In this document: positions 9,812 through 18,687 of the stretch, one piece after another
Layout of the letters: each line of letters begins with the position of its first letter
How positions within the stretch are numbered: position 1 is the stretch's first letter
From: an uncultured Actinomycetes bacterium
GTDB taxonomy: Bacteria; Actinomycetota; Coriobacteriia; Anaerosomatales; PHET01
Direction of reading: 5' to 3'
Length of the DNA: 64,000 bases
NCBI GenBank assembly: GCA_963700665.1
Contig: CAVOYK010000011.1
Span: 122,527 to 186,526, forward strand
Translations under genes and position numbers: made by a program
The notes under the pieces: generated by a model
Told to the model about the DNA's origin: nothing
The model's input: only the letters and a program-made list of their open reading frames with translations
Databases searched by the model: none

Positions 9812-10359
9812 ATGACCGACGACCGATGGGTCGCGATCGACTTCGAGACAGCGACACGCGAGCCCACGAGCGCGTGCGCGCTCGGCGTGGCGCTGATCGA
9901 CGGGCTCGAGGTGGTCGAGACCGCGAGCTGGCTGATCCGACCGCCGTTCAACGAGTACGAGTTCTGGAACACCCACGTGCACGGCATCTGCGCTCAAGAC
10001 ACCGAGCTCGCGCCGGACTTCGACGAGCTGTGGTGGGAGATCGGGCCGCTGCTTCGCGGGCCGCAGGCTTCTCGCGCACAACGCCGCTTTCGACATGCGC
10101 GTGCTCGGCGGCCCTCATCGAGACACGATCGCTCCCCGCGCCACGCTACGAGTACGCGTGCACGGTCACGATCGCGCGCAAGGCGATGCCGCAGCTGCCC
10201 AAGCACACGCTCGACACGGTGTGCGACCACTGCGGTATCGGGCTCGTGCATCACGACGCGGCGAGCGATGCCGAGGCGTGCGCCAGAGTCGCGATCGCGT
10301 GCGCCCACGCCGTGGAGGCGAACTCGATCGACGCGGCGCTGCGACGACGCTCGGCGTGA
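9812..10359 (+). CDS. DEDDh 3'-5' exonuclease (DNA pol III epsilon-like); two frame breaks (~10060 and ~10125)
   Basis: The ExoI motif is WVAIDFETATRE. The ExoII block LLAHNAAFDMRVLGG is readable only in a third frame. ExoIII lies in the frame of ORF 9769 (HTLDTVCDHCGIGLVHHDAASDAEACARV). Confidence 0.7.
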
Positions 10360-10421
10360 CGTGCGGTCTCGCTACCGTGGGGTAGAGTCGAGTTAGAGCA
10401 GTTCCCCGAGAGGAGATCCGC

Positions 10422-11554
10422 ATGAGCGCCGTCGTCTCGCAGCGCAGTCCCTCGTCGCAGTCGTGGCAGCGGCGCTGCTCGCCGCCTTGCTGCTCTGACC
10501 GGCTGCGGCGGCCCGAAGGTCCCCAACGTGGTAGGGATGCGACAGGCCGATGCGGTGCGGGCGATGCAGGAGGCCGGCTACCTGCTCGGGCGACGTGAGC
10601 GCGTGTCGCGACCGACCGCGTGGCCGTCGGCCTCGATCGCAGACCCAGGACCCGGCTGCCGGCGAGAGGCTCAGAGAGGGCGAGCCGATCAGTCTCGCGT
10701 CAACTTCAGCAACGGCATCGACGCCATCGTGCCCACCGTGACCGGGCTTGCAAGAGGAGACCGCGGTCAACGTCGCCAAGACGAGCAAGCTCGTGCCGCT
10801 CGTGACCGAGCAGTACAGCGACGACATGGCGGAGGGCCTCGTCGCGGCGCAGAGCCCCTCGCCGGAGTCTCAGGTCAAGACCGGCGACACGCTGGTGATC
10901 GTGATCTCGAAGGGCAAGGCTCCCGAGAAGGCCAAGGTGCCCGACGTCGCCGGCAAGTCGCAGAGCGACGCAGAGTCCGCGATCGAGAAGGCCGGCTTCA
11001 CGGTTCAGACGACCAAGGTCTACTACGACTCGGTCGCCAAGGGCAAGGTCATCACCCAGCAGCCCGAGGGCGGGAAGAGCGCCATCAAGGGCTCGAAGGT
11101 CCAGATCGTCGTGTCGCTGGGCAAGGGCACCGGCACCGCGACGGTGCCGTCGGTGAAGGGCAAGTCCGAGTCATCGATGCGAACAAGGCCATCACCGATG
11201 CCGGGCTCAAGGCCAAGGTCATCAAGCAGTACAGCGACTCGGTCGCCAAGGGCAAGGTCATCGACCAGTTCCCGGCCAGCGGCTCGAAGGCCGCATCCGG
11301 CTCGGAGGTGCTCATCGCGGTCTCGCTGGGCAAGGAGCCCGTCGGGAACGGTCGCCGTGCCCGACATCATGGGGATGTCCGAGGCCGACGCGGTGAGCGC
11401 CATCGAGGACGCGGGGCTCGTGGCGCAGGTGCAGCAGCTGGCCTCTGCGGACGTTCCTGCCGGCACCGTGGGCTACCAGTTCCCGGCGGCGGGTACCCAG
11501 GTGGCGCCTGGCTCGGAGGTGCTCGTGGCGGTGTCCTCAGGCCCGTCGGAGTAG
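10422..11554 (+). CDS. Lipoprotein made of five PASTA domains, with no kinase or PBP domain; at least 5 frame breaks
   Basis: ATG 10422 follows GAGAGGAG. After a shift, a lipobox-type signal is readable (LVAVVAAALLAALLLLTGCGG). Five PASTA-like modules can be followed across frames. Module 1: VPNVVGMRQADAVRAMQEAGY. Module 2: VPTVTGLQEETAVNVAK...TGDTLVIVISKG. Module 3: VPDVAGKSQSDAESAIEKAGF...GSKVQIVVSLG. Module 4: VIDANKAITDAGLKAKV...GSEVLIAVSLG. Module 5: VPDIMGMSEADAVSAIEDAGL...GSEVLVAVSSG. Confidence 0.65.
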
Positions 11555-11591
11555 GGGCGGCGTCCGAGCGCAGGTACGGTATGCTCGGCGC

Positions 11592-12656
11592 ATGACCACA
11601 TCGGCCCCAAAGAGCGAGCGGCTCTTCGTCCTTGACGCGCTCAAGGGCTTCGCCATCACGTGTGTGGTTCTGGGCCATGCGGTCCTGCGCACGGTGCCCG
11701 ACCCGGCGAGCAACGCCGTCTACCTGTTCCTCTCGGCGTTCGAGATGCCGCTGTTCATGTTCCTGTCCGGCTACGTCCTGCCCGGGAGAGTTCGCGGCTC
11801 GCGACTCGTGTGGGTGCGCAAAGCGCGCCGTGCGCCTGCTGGTGCCGTTCCTCGCGTGGCACGCGATCTTCTTCCTGTCGCGGCGCGTCACCACGCTGGC
11901 CGAGCAGCCGCCGCTTCAGCTCGCCGAGGGGCTGTGGCGCTATCTCGCGACCACGTTCGCGTCGCCCACGGCGGGGCTGTGGTACCTGCCCGCTCTGATG
12001 CTGTGCTCGATCGCACTCGCCGTCTTCTTCCCGCTGCGCACGCGCCCGCTGCTGCTGGCCGTCGTCGGCTGGGCCACGTTCGCCGCGCTTCTGTGGCTGC
12101 GCGGGCAGGATCGGGCTTGCGGGAGACTACGGCCTGCTCAAGACCTCGACGTACTGGGTGTTCTTCTCGGCGGGCTACGCGTGGGGCGAGTGGAAGCGCT
12201 CGCTCGAGCCGAGCAAGCCGCTGTGGCGCTGGTCGTGGTCGCTGCTGTATCCGCTGGTGGCAGTGCCCGTGATGCGCGTGATGCCGGCGCTGGGAGTGGC
12301 CGGCAACGGTGCCGCGAAGGTCGCGCTCGGGCTCGCGGGCACGGGGTTCTCGGCGGTGCTGCTCGAGATCGCCGAGCCGTTCGCCAAGCGCATCCGACTC
12401 GACACGTTGGGCCGGCTCACGCTGGGGGTCTACTGCTCGCAGTGGTTGTTCCTGCGCGCGGACACGTGGATCACCCCGCGTTTGGGAACCGGAGCGCTCG
12501 CGGTTCTCGCGCTGTTCGCGTTTGCCATGGTGGGCTCGATCGCTGACCACGTGGCTGATCGGCAAGGTGCCTGTCGTGCGCGGCGTGCTGCTCGGCGAGT
12601 GGCCGAGGAAGCCGGTCGTGGCCCTACCTGACGCGGACGTAGTCGGCCGTGCCTGA
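11592..12656 (+). CDS. Acyltransferase_3-family membrane protein; at least 3 frame breaks
   Basis: The N-terminus LFVLDALKGFAITCVVLGHAV...FEMPLFMFLSGYVL is typical of the family. Hydrophobic continuations lie in ORFs 11632.. and 12158.. . The likely C-terminus LTTWLIGKVPVVRGVLLGE lies in ORF 12309..12656. The 3' end is uncertain (12631 or 12656). Confidence 0.6.
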
Positions 12657-14819
12657 GCTGGCCGCGTTCTTGGCGTCGGCCGGGTGATACGCCACGAGCT
12701 TCCAGCGGCCCCTTGAGGTGAACTTCACGCGCGCCTTGTAGCCGGTCTTGGTCGACGAGTAGTAGACGTACCTGGCGGTGAAGGACCTCACGTAGTGGTA
12801 CCGGCCATCCGAGCGCTTCTTGTACGCCCTGATCTTCACGCGATTCGCGTCGCTCGTCAGATGTCTCGGCTGGATGTAGCCCTTCGCGTAGTACGTCCGG
12901 TTGCGGTAGCGGGTCTTCCAGGAGGTCGTCCGAACGAGCCTGACCTTGGGCCTCACGGTGACCGTCGTCGAGCTCGATCCGGCGTAGGGTGAGGCGGTGG
13001 TGAAGCGCGCGCGGTAGCTCACCTTGGTCTTGAGCCCGCTGACCCTCTTGCTGGCTCGGCCATCAGAACCGGTGACGGCCGAGCCGACGGGGACCCAACC
13101 GGAGCCGCTCCAGCGATCGAACACGATTGTCTGTCCGTCCAGCGCCGTCCCGTCCGTGTCTTTCAAGCTGGCGCGCAGCACCGCCGAGCCGCCGTACGCC
13201 GGCACGCTGGTCGGCTCGGTGAGTACGAGGGCGGTCGGTTGTGTGGTCGCCTGGACCGTGAGCGTGACCGTGGCGGGCGCCGAGACGGCGATGCCGTCAC
13301 TCACTCGATAGGCGAACGAGTCCTCGCCGACGTAGCCGGGGTCGGGTGCGTACACAAAGGACCCATCCGCGCCGAGGGTGACGTCACCGTTCGCCGGCCC
13401 TGCCATCAGCTCCGCAGTGAGCGTGTTGCCCGGAACGTCCGGGTCGCTGTCGTTGGCGAGCACGCCGGGAGCCGCGACAGTCCTCGTCGTGTCGAGAACA
13501 CCGATGTAGCTGTCGTCCGCTCCCGACGGCGCGCGGTTGACCTCGCGCACGGTGACCGTGATCGTCTCGCTGTCGATGGAGGGCCCGTCGCTTACGATGA
13601 CGCCGAACGTGTAGCTCCCCGGACCTTGGGCCTCGGTGGGAGTGAAGATGAAGGCGCCAGTCGCCGAGTCGATACGCGCGCCGGCCGGCGCTCCGCTCAG
13701 CCGGTAGGAGAGCGAGTCACCGTCGACATCGGTGGCTGACGCGACCAAGGTGAGCGTCTCGAGTTCGTCGACGGCTCGTGCGCCGATCGGAACCAGCACC
13801 GGAGCCGAGTTGCCCCGGGCAAGCGACATGAAGCGCGTCCGGTAGCTCACCGTCACCGGCGTGCGGGTTCCCTCGGCATAGATGCCGCCCGACAGCGTCA
13901 CGTCGAACTGGTCGCCGGCGGCGTAGCTCACCGAGCTTGGGTTCGGTCGGAAGATGAAGGCGTTCGCGACTCCGTAGCCGCCTGTGTCGAACGCGAAGAA
14001 CTCGCCGCTGGTGTTGGTGTCGGCGGCGGTGAAGGTCCAGGTCGTGCCGTCGGAGACCCGCTTCAGCGTGACCGTGTGTCCGGTGCTGTCCCAGTCGTAG
14101 CGAGCGGGGTTGAGCGTGAGCGACCAAGGCGTGTGACTATCGAAAAACCCCTCGTCCACGGGGAAGGGGCCTGCGGACGGATAGGCGATTGCCGAGTAGG
14201 ACACCGGGGTTGCCCGCGAACTGTCGAAGGCGTAGGTCGTGTGCCTGGACGCGGCGTAGCCGATACCGGTCTTGAGCATCTGTGGGTTGAGCAGCCAGCG
14301 CCTGTGCCCGACCCGGGAGATGTTGCCGCTGTCCTCGTCCGCCAGGCAGCCCATCTCGAAGCTCGCCGAGGTGGAATAGCCCCAGCCGATGTTGCTCGAA
14401 CTCGTGGATGCATAGCCCCGGTCGTAGAAGGCTTGCGGCATGTCGGAGGGCTTTGGCGGGGTGTGCGAGAAGGTGCCCGCGGCGAGCAGCACCGCGCCGT
14501 ACTGGGCGTCTGCGTTGCGGGCGGAGTCCAGCACCACGTCGTTGGGGACACCTGCGAGGAAGCGGGCGAAGTTGATCGTCTTAAGCCCGTCGTTGAGGAA
14601 GCCGGCGCTCACGGCGCCGGGTGCGTAGGGCGCGACGACACTGGGAGCGCTCGCATAGGTTGCCCCCGAGTAGCTGGGCCTCAGCTCGCTCCAGAGCGTG
14701 CGGACCTGCGCGTCGGTGTAGCCGGCGGTCTGAGCGATACCCATGTCGGCCGCATGCGCTGCGGGCGGCGCAAGGGCGCCGAGCAACAACGCGGCTGCCA
14801 GGAAGGTCGATAGCCTCAT
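12624..14819 (-). CDS. Secreted CAP/SCP-domain protein with cadherin-like/Ig-like repeats and a basic C-terminal module
   Basis: The start is taken at MRLSTFLAAALLLGALAPPAAHAA (signal peptide; ATG 14819). The CAP-like region is INFARFLAGVPN...GHRRWLLNPQMLKTGIGYA. Cadherin-like repeats are present (ATDVDGDSLSYRLSG..., VNRAPSGADDSY...GVLANDSDPD...DSFAYRVSDG). The C-terminal ~206 aa are Arg/Tyr/Lys-rich and shared with three other proteins in the window. Confidence 0.75.
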   Translation of the reverse strand: MRLSTFLAAALLLGALAPPAAHAADMGIAQTAGYTDAQVRTLWSELRPSYSGATYASAPSVVAPYAPGAVSAGFLNDGLKTINFARFLAGVPNDVVLDSARNADAQYGAVLLAAGTFSHTPPKPSDMPQAFYDRGYASTSSSNIGWGYSTSASFEMGCLADEDSGNISRVGHRRWLLNPQMLKTGIGYAASRHTTYAFDSSRATPVSYSAIAYPSAGPFPVDEGFFDSHTPWSLTLNPARYDWDSTGHTVTLKRVSDGTTWTFTAADTNTSGEFFAFDTGGYGVANAFIFRPNPSSVSYAAGDQFDVTLSGGIYAEGTRTPVTVSYRTRFMSLARGNSAPVLVPIGARAVDELETLTLVASATDVDGDSLSYRLSGAPAGARIDSATGAFIFTPTEAQGPGSYTFGVIVSDGPSIDSETITVTVREVNRAPSGADDSYIGVLDTTRTVAAPGVLANDSDPDVPGNTLTAELMAGPANGDVTLGADGSFVYAPDPGYVGEDSFAYRVSDGIAVSAPATVTLTVQATTQPTALVLTEPTSVPAYGGSAVLRASLKDTDGTALDGQTIVFDRWSGSGWVPVGSAVTGSDGRASKRVSGLKTKVSYRARFTTASPYAGSSSTTVTVRPKVRLVRTTSWKTRYRNRTYYAKGYIQPRHLTSDANRVKIRAYKKRSDGRYHYVRSFTARYVYYSSTKTGYKARVKFTSRGRWKLVAYHPADAKNAASSGTADYVRVR

Positions 14820-14872
14820 GTTCTGTGTAGTCGGCACGTTGCCGCGCGATGATGAGGCGTTGGCGAGAACGT

Positions 14873-16929
14873 CTACTCGCCGAGCAGCTTCTCGAGCTCC
14901 TCCGGAGTGGTGACGGGCCGCTCGCACGAGAAGTCTCGGCATACGTACGCGGTCGCCTTGCCCCCGACCGCTTCGCGACCAGCCAGTAGCTCGATCGTCG
15001 CGTCTGTCCCCGAGGTGCCGCACGCCACCACGAGATGGGGCCGGAACCCCGAGCGCGCGACCGCGAGAAGCGGAGCCGGGTCATCGCCGACGATCGCAAG
15101 CTCCCGGACGTCGGCCAAGCGCGAAGTCGAGCGCGCCGAGCCACTGCGCGAAGCCGAGCGGCGCGCGCTCCATCCACTCGCGCGTCTGCGCGAGCGCGGC
15201 GTGCGCCGCGTCGGCGTAGCGGCCGTCGCCGGTGTAGGCGGCGAGGCGCAGCAGCACCCCCGCCGCCATCGCGCCGCCCGAGGGGACCGCGCCGTCCTGC
15301 AGCCCCTTGGGCCGCACGATCAGCGCCTCGTGGTCGTCGCTCGTGTCGAAGAAGCCGCCGCCCGGATCGGCGAAGTGCTCGAGGATCGAGTCCCCAAGCT
15401 CGCGCGCCGCTTCGAACCAGCGCGGTTCGAACGTCGTCTGGTAGAGCTCGAGCAGGCCGTCGGCGACGTTCGCGTAGTCCTCGAGGTAGCCGTTGAGCTT
15501 GCCGCTGCCCGTCCTTCCAGGTGCGCAGCATGCGGCCCTCGGCGGTTCGCATCTCCGACAGGAGGAACTCGGCGTTGCTGCGGGCGACCGCCCGGTAGTC
15601 GTCGCGATCGAGCACCCGCGCCGCCTCGGCGAACGCCGCGAGCATCAGCCCGTTCCAGCCGGCGAGGACCTTGTCGTCGAGACCCGGCTTGACGCGCTGC
15701 TCGCGCGCGCCGAGCAGCGCTCGCCGAGCGCGCTCGAGGCGCGCCTCGACCACTTCGACCGACAGGCCGCGCTCCTCGGCCAGCTGGGCGGCCGTGCGCG
15801 ACACGAACAGGATGCTCCTGCCCTCGAAGTTGCCGCCCGGTGTCACCCCGTAGGCAGCCGCGAACAACTCGGCATCGCCGTCCGGGTCGTTCGGACGCGC
15901 CCTCGAGCGCGTCGCGGATCTGCTCGGGCGTCCAGACGAAGAAGCGGCCCTCTTCTCCCTCCGAGTCGGCGTCTTGTGCCGAGTAGAAGCCGCCTGCGGG
16001 ATCGAGCATCTCGCGCACGACGTAGTCGAGCGTCTCGGTCACGACGCGCCGGTACGAGTCGTCGCCGGTGACCTGGTAGCCGTGCAGATAGAGCCGCGCG
16101 AGCTGCGCGTTGTCGTAGAGCATCTTCTCGAAGTGGGGAACCAGCCAGATCTCGTCGGTCGCGTAGCGGTGAAAGCCGCCGCCCAGCTGGTCGTAGATGC
16201 CGCCGCGCATCATCGCGTCGAGCGTGCCGGTGACCATGCGCGAGCAGGTTGTCGTCGCCGGTCGAGCTGGTATCGCCGCAAGCACGAACTCGGCGATCGA
16301 CGGTTGCGGGAACTTGGGCGCGCCGCCCCAGCCGCCGTTGGTGGCGTCGTAGGCGCGGGCCAGCCCTCGTGTCGCGGTCTCGAGGGTCTGCGGGTCGAGG
16401 CGCGCGGAGTCGCCGCCGCCCGCGGGCGGCGCCTGCTGCAGCGCAGCCCGGAGCTCCTCGCCTGCCTCGATCACATCGGCGCGCCTGGTCTCCCACACCC
16501 CGGCGATCTGCGTGAGCACGTCCGAGAACGACGCCATCCCGTAGCGCGCCTCGCTGGGGAAGTACGTGCCGCCGAAGAACGGCACCGCGTCGGGGGTGAG
16601 GAACACGCTCATCGGCCAGCCGCCGCTGCCGGTCAGCGCCTGGACGGCGTCCATGTAGATCGCGTCGACGTCGGGGCGTTCTTCTCGGTCGACCTTCACC
16701 GAGACGAAGTGCTCGTTCATCAGCGCGGCGGTCGCCTCGTCCTCGAAGCTCTCGTGCTCCATGACGTGGCACCAGTGACACGCCGAGTAGCCCACGCTCA
16801 GGAAGATCGGCTTGTCCTCGGACGCGCGCCTGCGGCGAACGCCTCGTCTCCCCACGGATACCAGTCGACGGGGTTCTCGGCGTGCTGGAGCAGGTAGGGG
16901 CTGGTCTCATCGATCAGGCGGTTGGGCAT
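14873..16929 (-). CDS. Thioredoxin-domain protein of the DUF255/YyaL family; about 7 frame breaks
   Basis: It starts [31 protein letters not shown] (ATG 16929). The rest reads [98 protein letters not shown] and [22 protein letters not shown], spread over at least five frame segments. A compensating pair of shifts near 16237/16283 restores a TGDDNLL block. Confidence 0.8.
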
Positions 16930-17015
16930 CGGGACCTCTTCGCCGGCGGGTCTCTTGGGGTGGATACCCGAACCCGCGAGACTGCGGGTACCAAGCGAGA
17001 CCTCGGCGGGCATCA

Positions 17016-17076
17016 TTGACAGCGTCCTTACCGAGAACTTAGTATGCACTAAGTCACGGGCTTAGATAGTACTAAA
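17016..17076 (+). promoter_or_regulatory. Candidate promoter with two overlapping TTAG-N8-CTAA dyads upstream of the FTR1 permease
   Basis: TTGACA lies at 17016-17021, followed by an 18-nt spacer and TAGTAT at 17040-17045. The dyads are CTTAGTATGCACTAAG (17038-17053) and CTTAGATAGTACTAAA (17061-17076), whose starts are 23 nt apart. This is the most A+T-rich stretch of the flanking region. Confidence 0.35.
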
Positions 17077-17114
17077 CCATCCGGCAGAGATGCCCGTGCG
17101 AAAGGAGCAGTCCC

Positions 17115-17879
17115 ATGTTGCAGGCGATCTCCATCACCGTCCGGGAGGGGTTCGAGGCCGCTTTGGTGATCGGCATAATGCTGACCTATGCGGTCAAGAC
17201 AGGTCGGGCGGATCTCACGCGTCCGATCCTGTGGGGGACTGTTGCCGCGCTAGTACTGAGCGTGCTGGCTGCCTTGGGGCTGGGTGCCGTTGGCATCGAG
17301 GCTGAGAACGAGGCCGTCGAAGGCGTCTTGTACCTGGTCGCCGCCGGGTTCGTCTTCTCTATGGTCGTCTGGATGTGGCGAGCAGGCGGCAACCTGCGCG
17401 ACAAGGTCGCGAGTGGCATCGACCGTGCGGCCAGCTCGTCGACCGCCGCCGGCTGGGGTGTTGCGACCATCGCCTTCTTCATGGTCGCCCGCGAGGGCGT
17501 GGAGACCGTGCTGTTCATGTCTGCGAACGCTCTCGACCAAGGCCTCTTGCCGACGCTGATCGGCGGCGCCATCGGTCTCGCACTCGCCTTCGGCCTTGGG
17601 GCGGCGGTCTACTACGGCGCCGCACGTATCGACCTGAAGCTGTTCTTCTCGGCGACGTCGATAGCCCTGCTGCTTCTGGCGACTCGCTTTCTCGGCATAG
17701 GCGTCCTGGAACTCGGTGAGGCCGGCGTCATCGCTCTACCAGAGTTGATTGAAGAAGGTCTCGAACTGCTCGAGGAAGGCGCCTTGGCAACCATCGTGAG
17801 CGTGGCTGTCGTCGGTCTGCCGTTGGGGGCCGTGGGATGGTCGCTCATCCACGGCCGGTCGGCCAGTCCGGCGGTCTAG
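17115..17879 (+). CDS. FTR1/EfeU-family high-affinity iron permease
   Basis: Intact 254-aa polytopic ORF with the two family REXXE motifs (VREGFEAALV and AREGVETVLF). AAAGGAG lies upstream of the ATG. Confidence 0.85.
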   Translation: MLQAISITVREGFEAALVIGIMLTYAVKTGRADLTRPILWGTVAALVLSVLAALGLGAVGIEAENEAVEGVLYLVAAGFVFSMVVWMWRAGGNLRDKVASGIDRAASSSTAAGWGVATIAFFMVAREGVETVLFMSANALDQGLLPTLIGGAIGLALAFGLGAAVYYGAARIDLKLFFSATSIALLLLATRFLGIGVLELGEAGVIALPELIEEGLELLEEGALATIVSVAVVGLPLGAVGWSLIHGRSASPAV

Positions 17880-17983
17880 GCGACACTGTTCAGTCGTCTG
17901 GCAGCGGCACCTCCACGGGCGATGAAGCCCCAGTGTCGGCGCATTTCACAGCAGTCCTGTGGCAGAAGCTCTCTGAACGCACA

Positions 17984-18010
17984 GCGGGAGAGGGGTTCAC
18001 CCTCTCCCGC
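17984..18010. terminator. Strong hairpin between the FTR1 gene and the 3' end of tRNA-Arg
   Basis: GCGGGAGAGGG (17984-17994) pairs with CCCTCTCCCGC (18000-18010) around a 5-nt loop. There is no clear U-tract on either strand. Confidence 0.4.
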
Positions 18011-18023
18011 CTGCGGTTGTGCG

Positions 18024-18099
18024 TGGTGCCCCCGGCACGATTCGAACGTGCGACACCAGGTTTAGGAAACCTGTGCTCTATCCCCTGAGCTACGAGGGC
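18024..18099 (-). tRNA. tRNA-Arg(CCU): tRNA-Arg, anticodon CCU
   Basis: The reverse complement folds as a cloverleaf. Acceptor stem GCCCUCG/CGGGGGC, D arm GCUC-AGGGGAUA-GAGC, anticodon arm CAGGU-UUCCUAA-ACCUG. T arm GCACG-UUCGAAU-CGUGC, with an encoded CCA. Length 76 nt. Confidence 0.9.
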
Positions 18100-18247
18100 G
18101 TTTGACCTTGTTTCCGCTGGTAAGAGGCTCAAGAACTTGCCCGGCAGAAGGTGAAGCACCGGTCTTCGTGTTCGTTTGGCACCTGTGTGGCACCTGAGCA
18201 TCTTGTTTCACCAGAGTCGGAAGCGCTGTCAATGGTACCAACAACGC

Positions 18248-18565
18248 CTACGAAGCGCTCCTCGACCGGCGACTTGGGAAAGCGATGACGACAGCGTCAG
18301 TTGGCCCGTCGCCCTCCCGCACGACGTACTTGGCGATTGTCGCCGACGCACGCTCGTGATCCGTCTTCAGGACATGGGCATACGTCCTCCAGAGCAGGTC
18401 GCCGCTCTTGTCACTATGGCCCATCATCTGCGCGACCTTCTTCGGGTTGATCCCGTCCGAGAGCAGTACCGTCGCGAACGTGTGCCTGATGGAGTGCGCC
18501 GTGAACCCTTCGACTCCGAGCTCCTTCGTGATGGGCCGCAGAACACGCGACCCGAAGTTGCTCAT
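18248..18565 (-). pseudogene. C-terminal fragment of a tyrosine recombinase (phage-type integrase)
   Basis: Only ~105 codons remain. They carry the box II residues HSIRHTFATVLL...VAQMMGHSD...TYAHV (H-x-x-R, H, Y). The N-terminal two thirds of a normal integrase are missing, because the next gene starts at 18688. Confidence 0.7.
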
Positions 18566-18687
18566 ATTGGAGCGGGCGACCCGGCGTCGTGGCGTGCGAA
18601 AGCTGAGTCAATCGGGAATACCGCAATCAGTGCATGGCGCCGTACGGGAGGGGTTCCGCATATGACCGATGACGGAAGGGGCGACTG

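Noticed and set aside
16930-17049. The upstream extension of the DUF255 ORF ([20 protein letters not shown]...) and the 14820..15023 extension of the CAP-protein ORF.
   Set aside because: The family-conserved N-terminus ([16 protein letters not shown]) and a clean signal peptide (MRLSTFLAAALLLGALA) begin at internal Met codons. The extensions run through intergenic or promoter DNA.
18177-18196. A tandem TGGCACCTG-TG-TGGCACCTG, resembling a sigma-54 -24 element (TGGCAC).
   Set aside because: There is no TTGC -12 element at the required spacing; GAGC is there instead. It points away from any plus-strand gene start and sits between a tRNA and an integrase remnant. Sigma-54 is generally absent from Actinomycetota.
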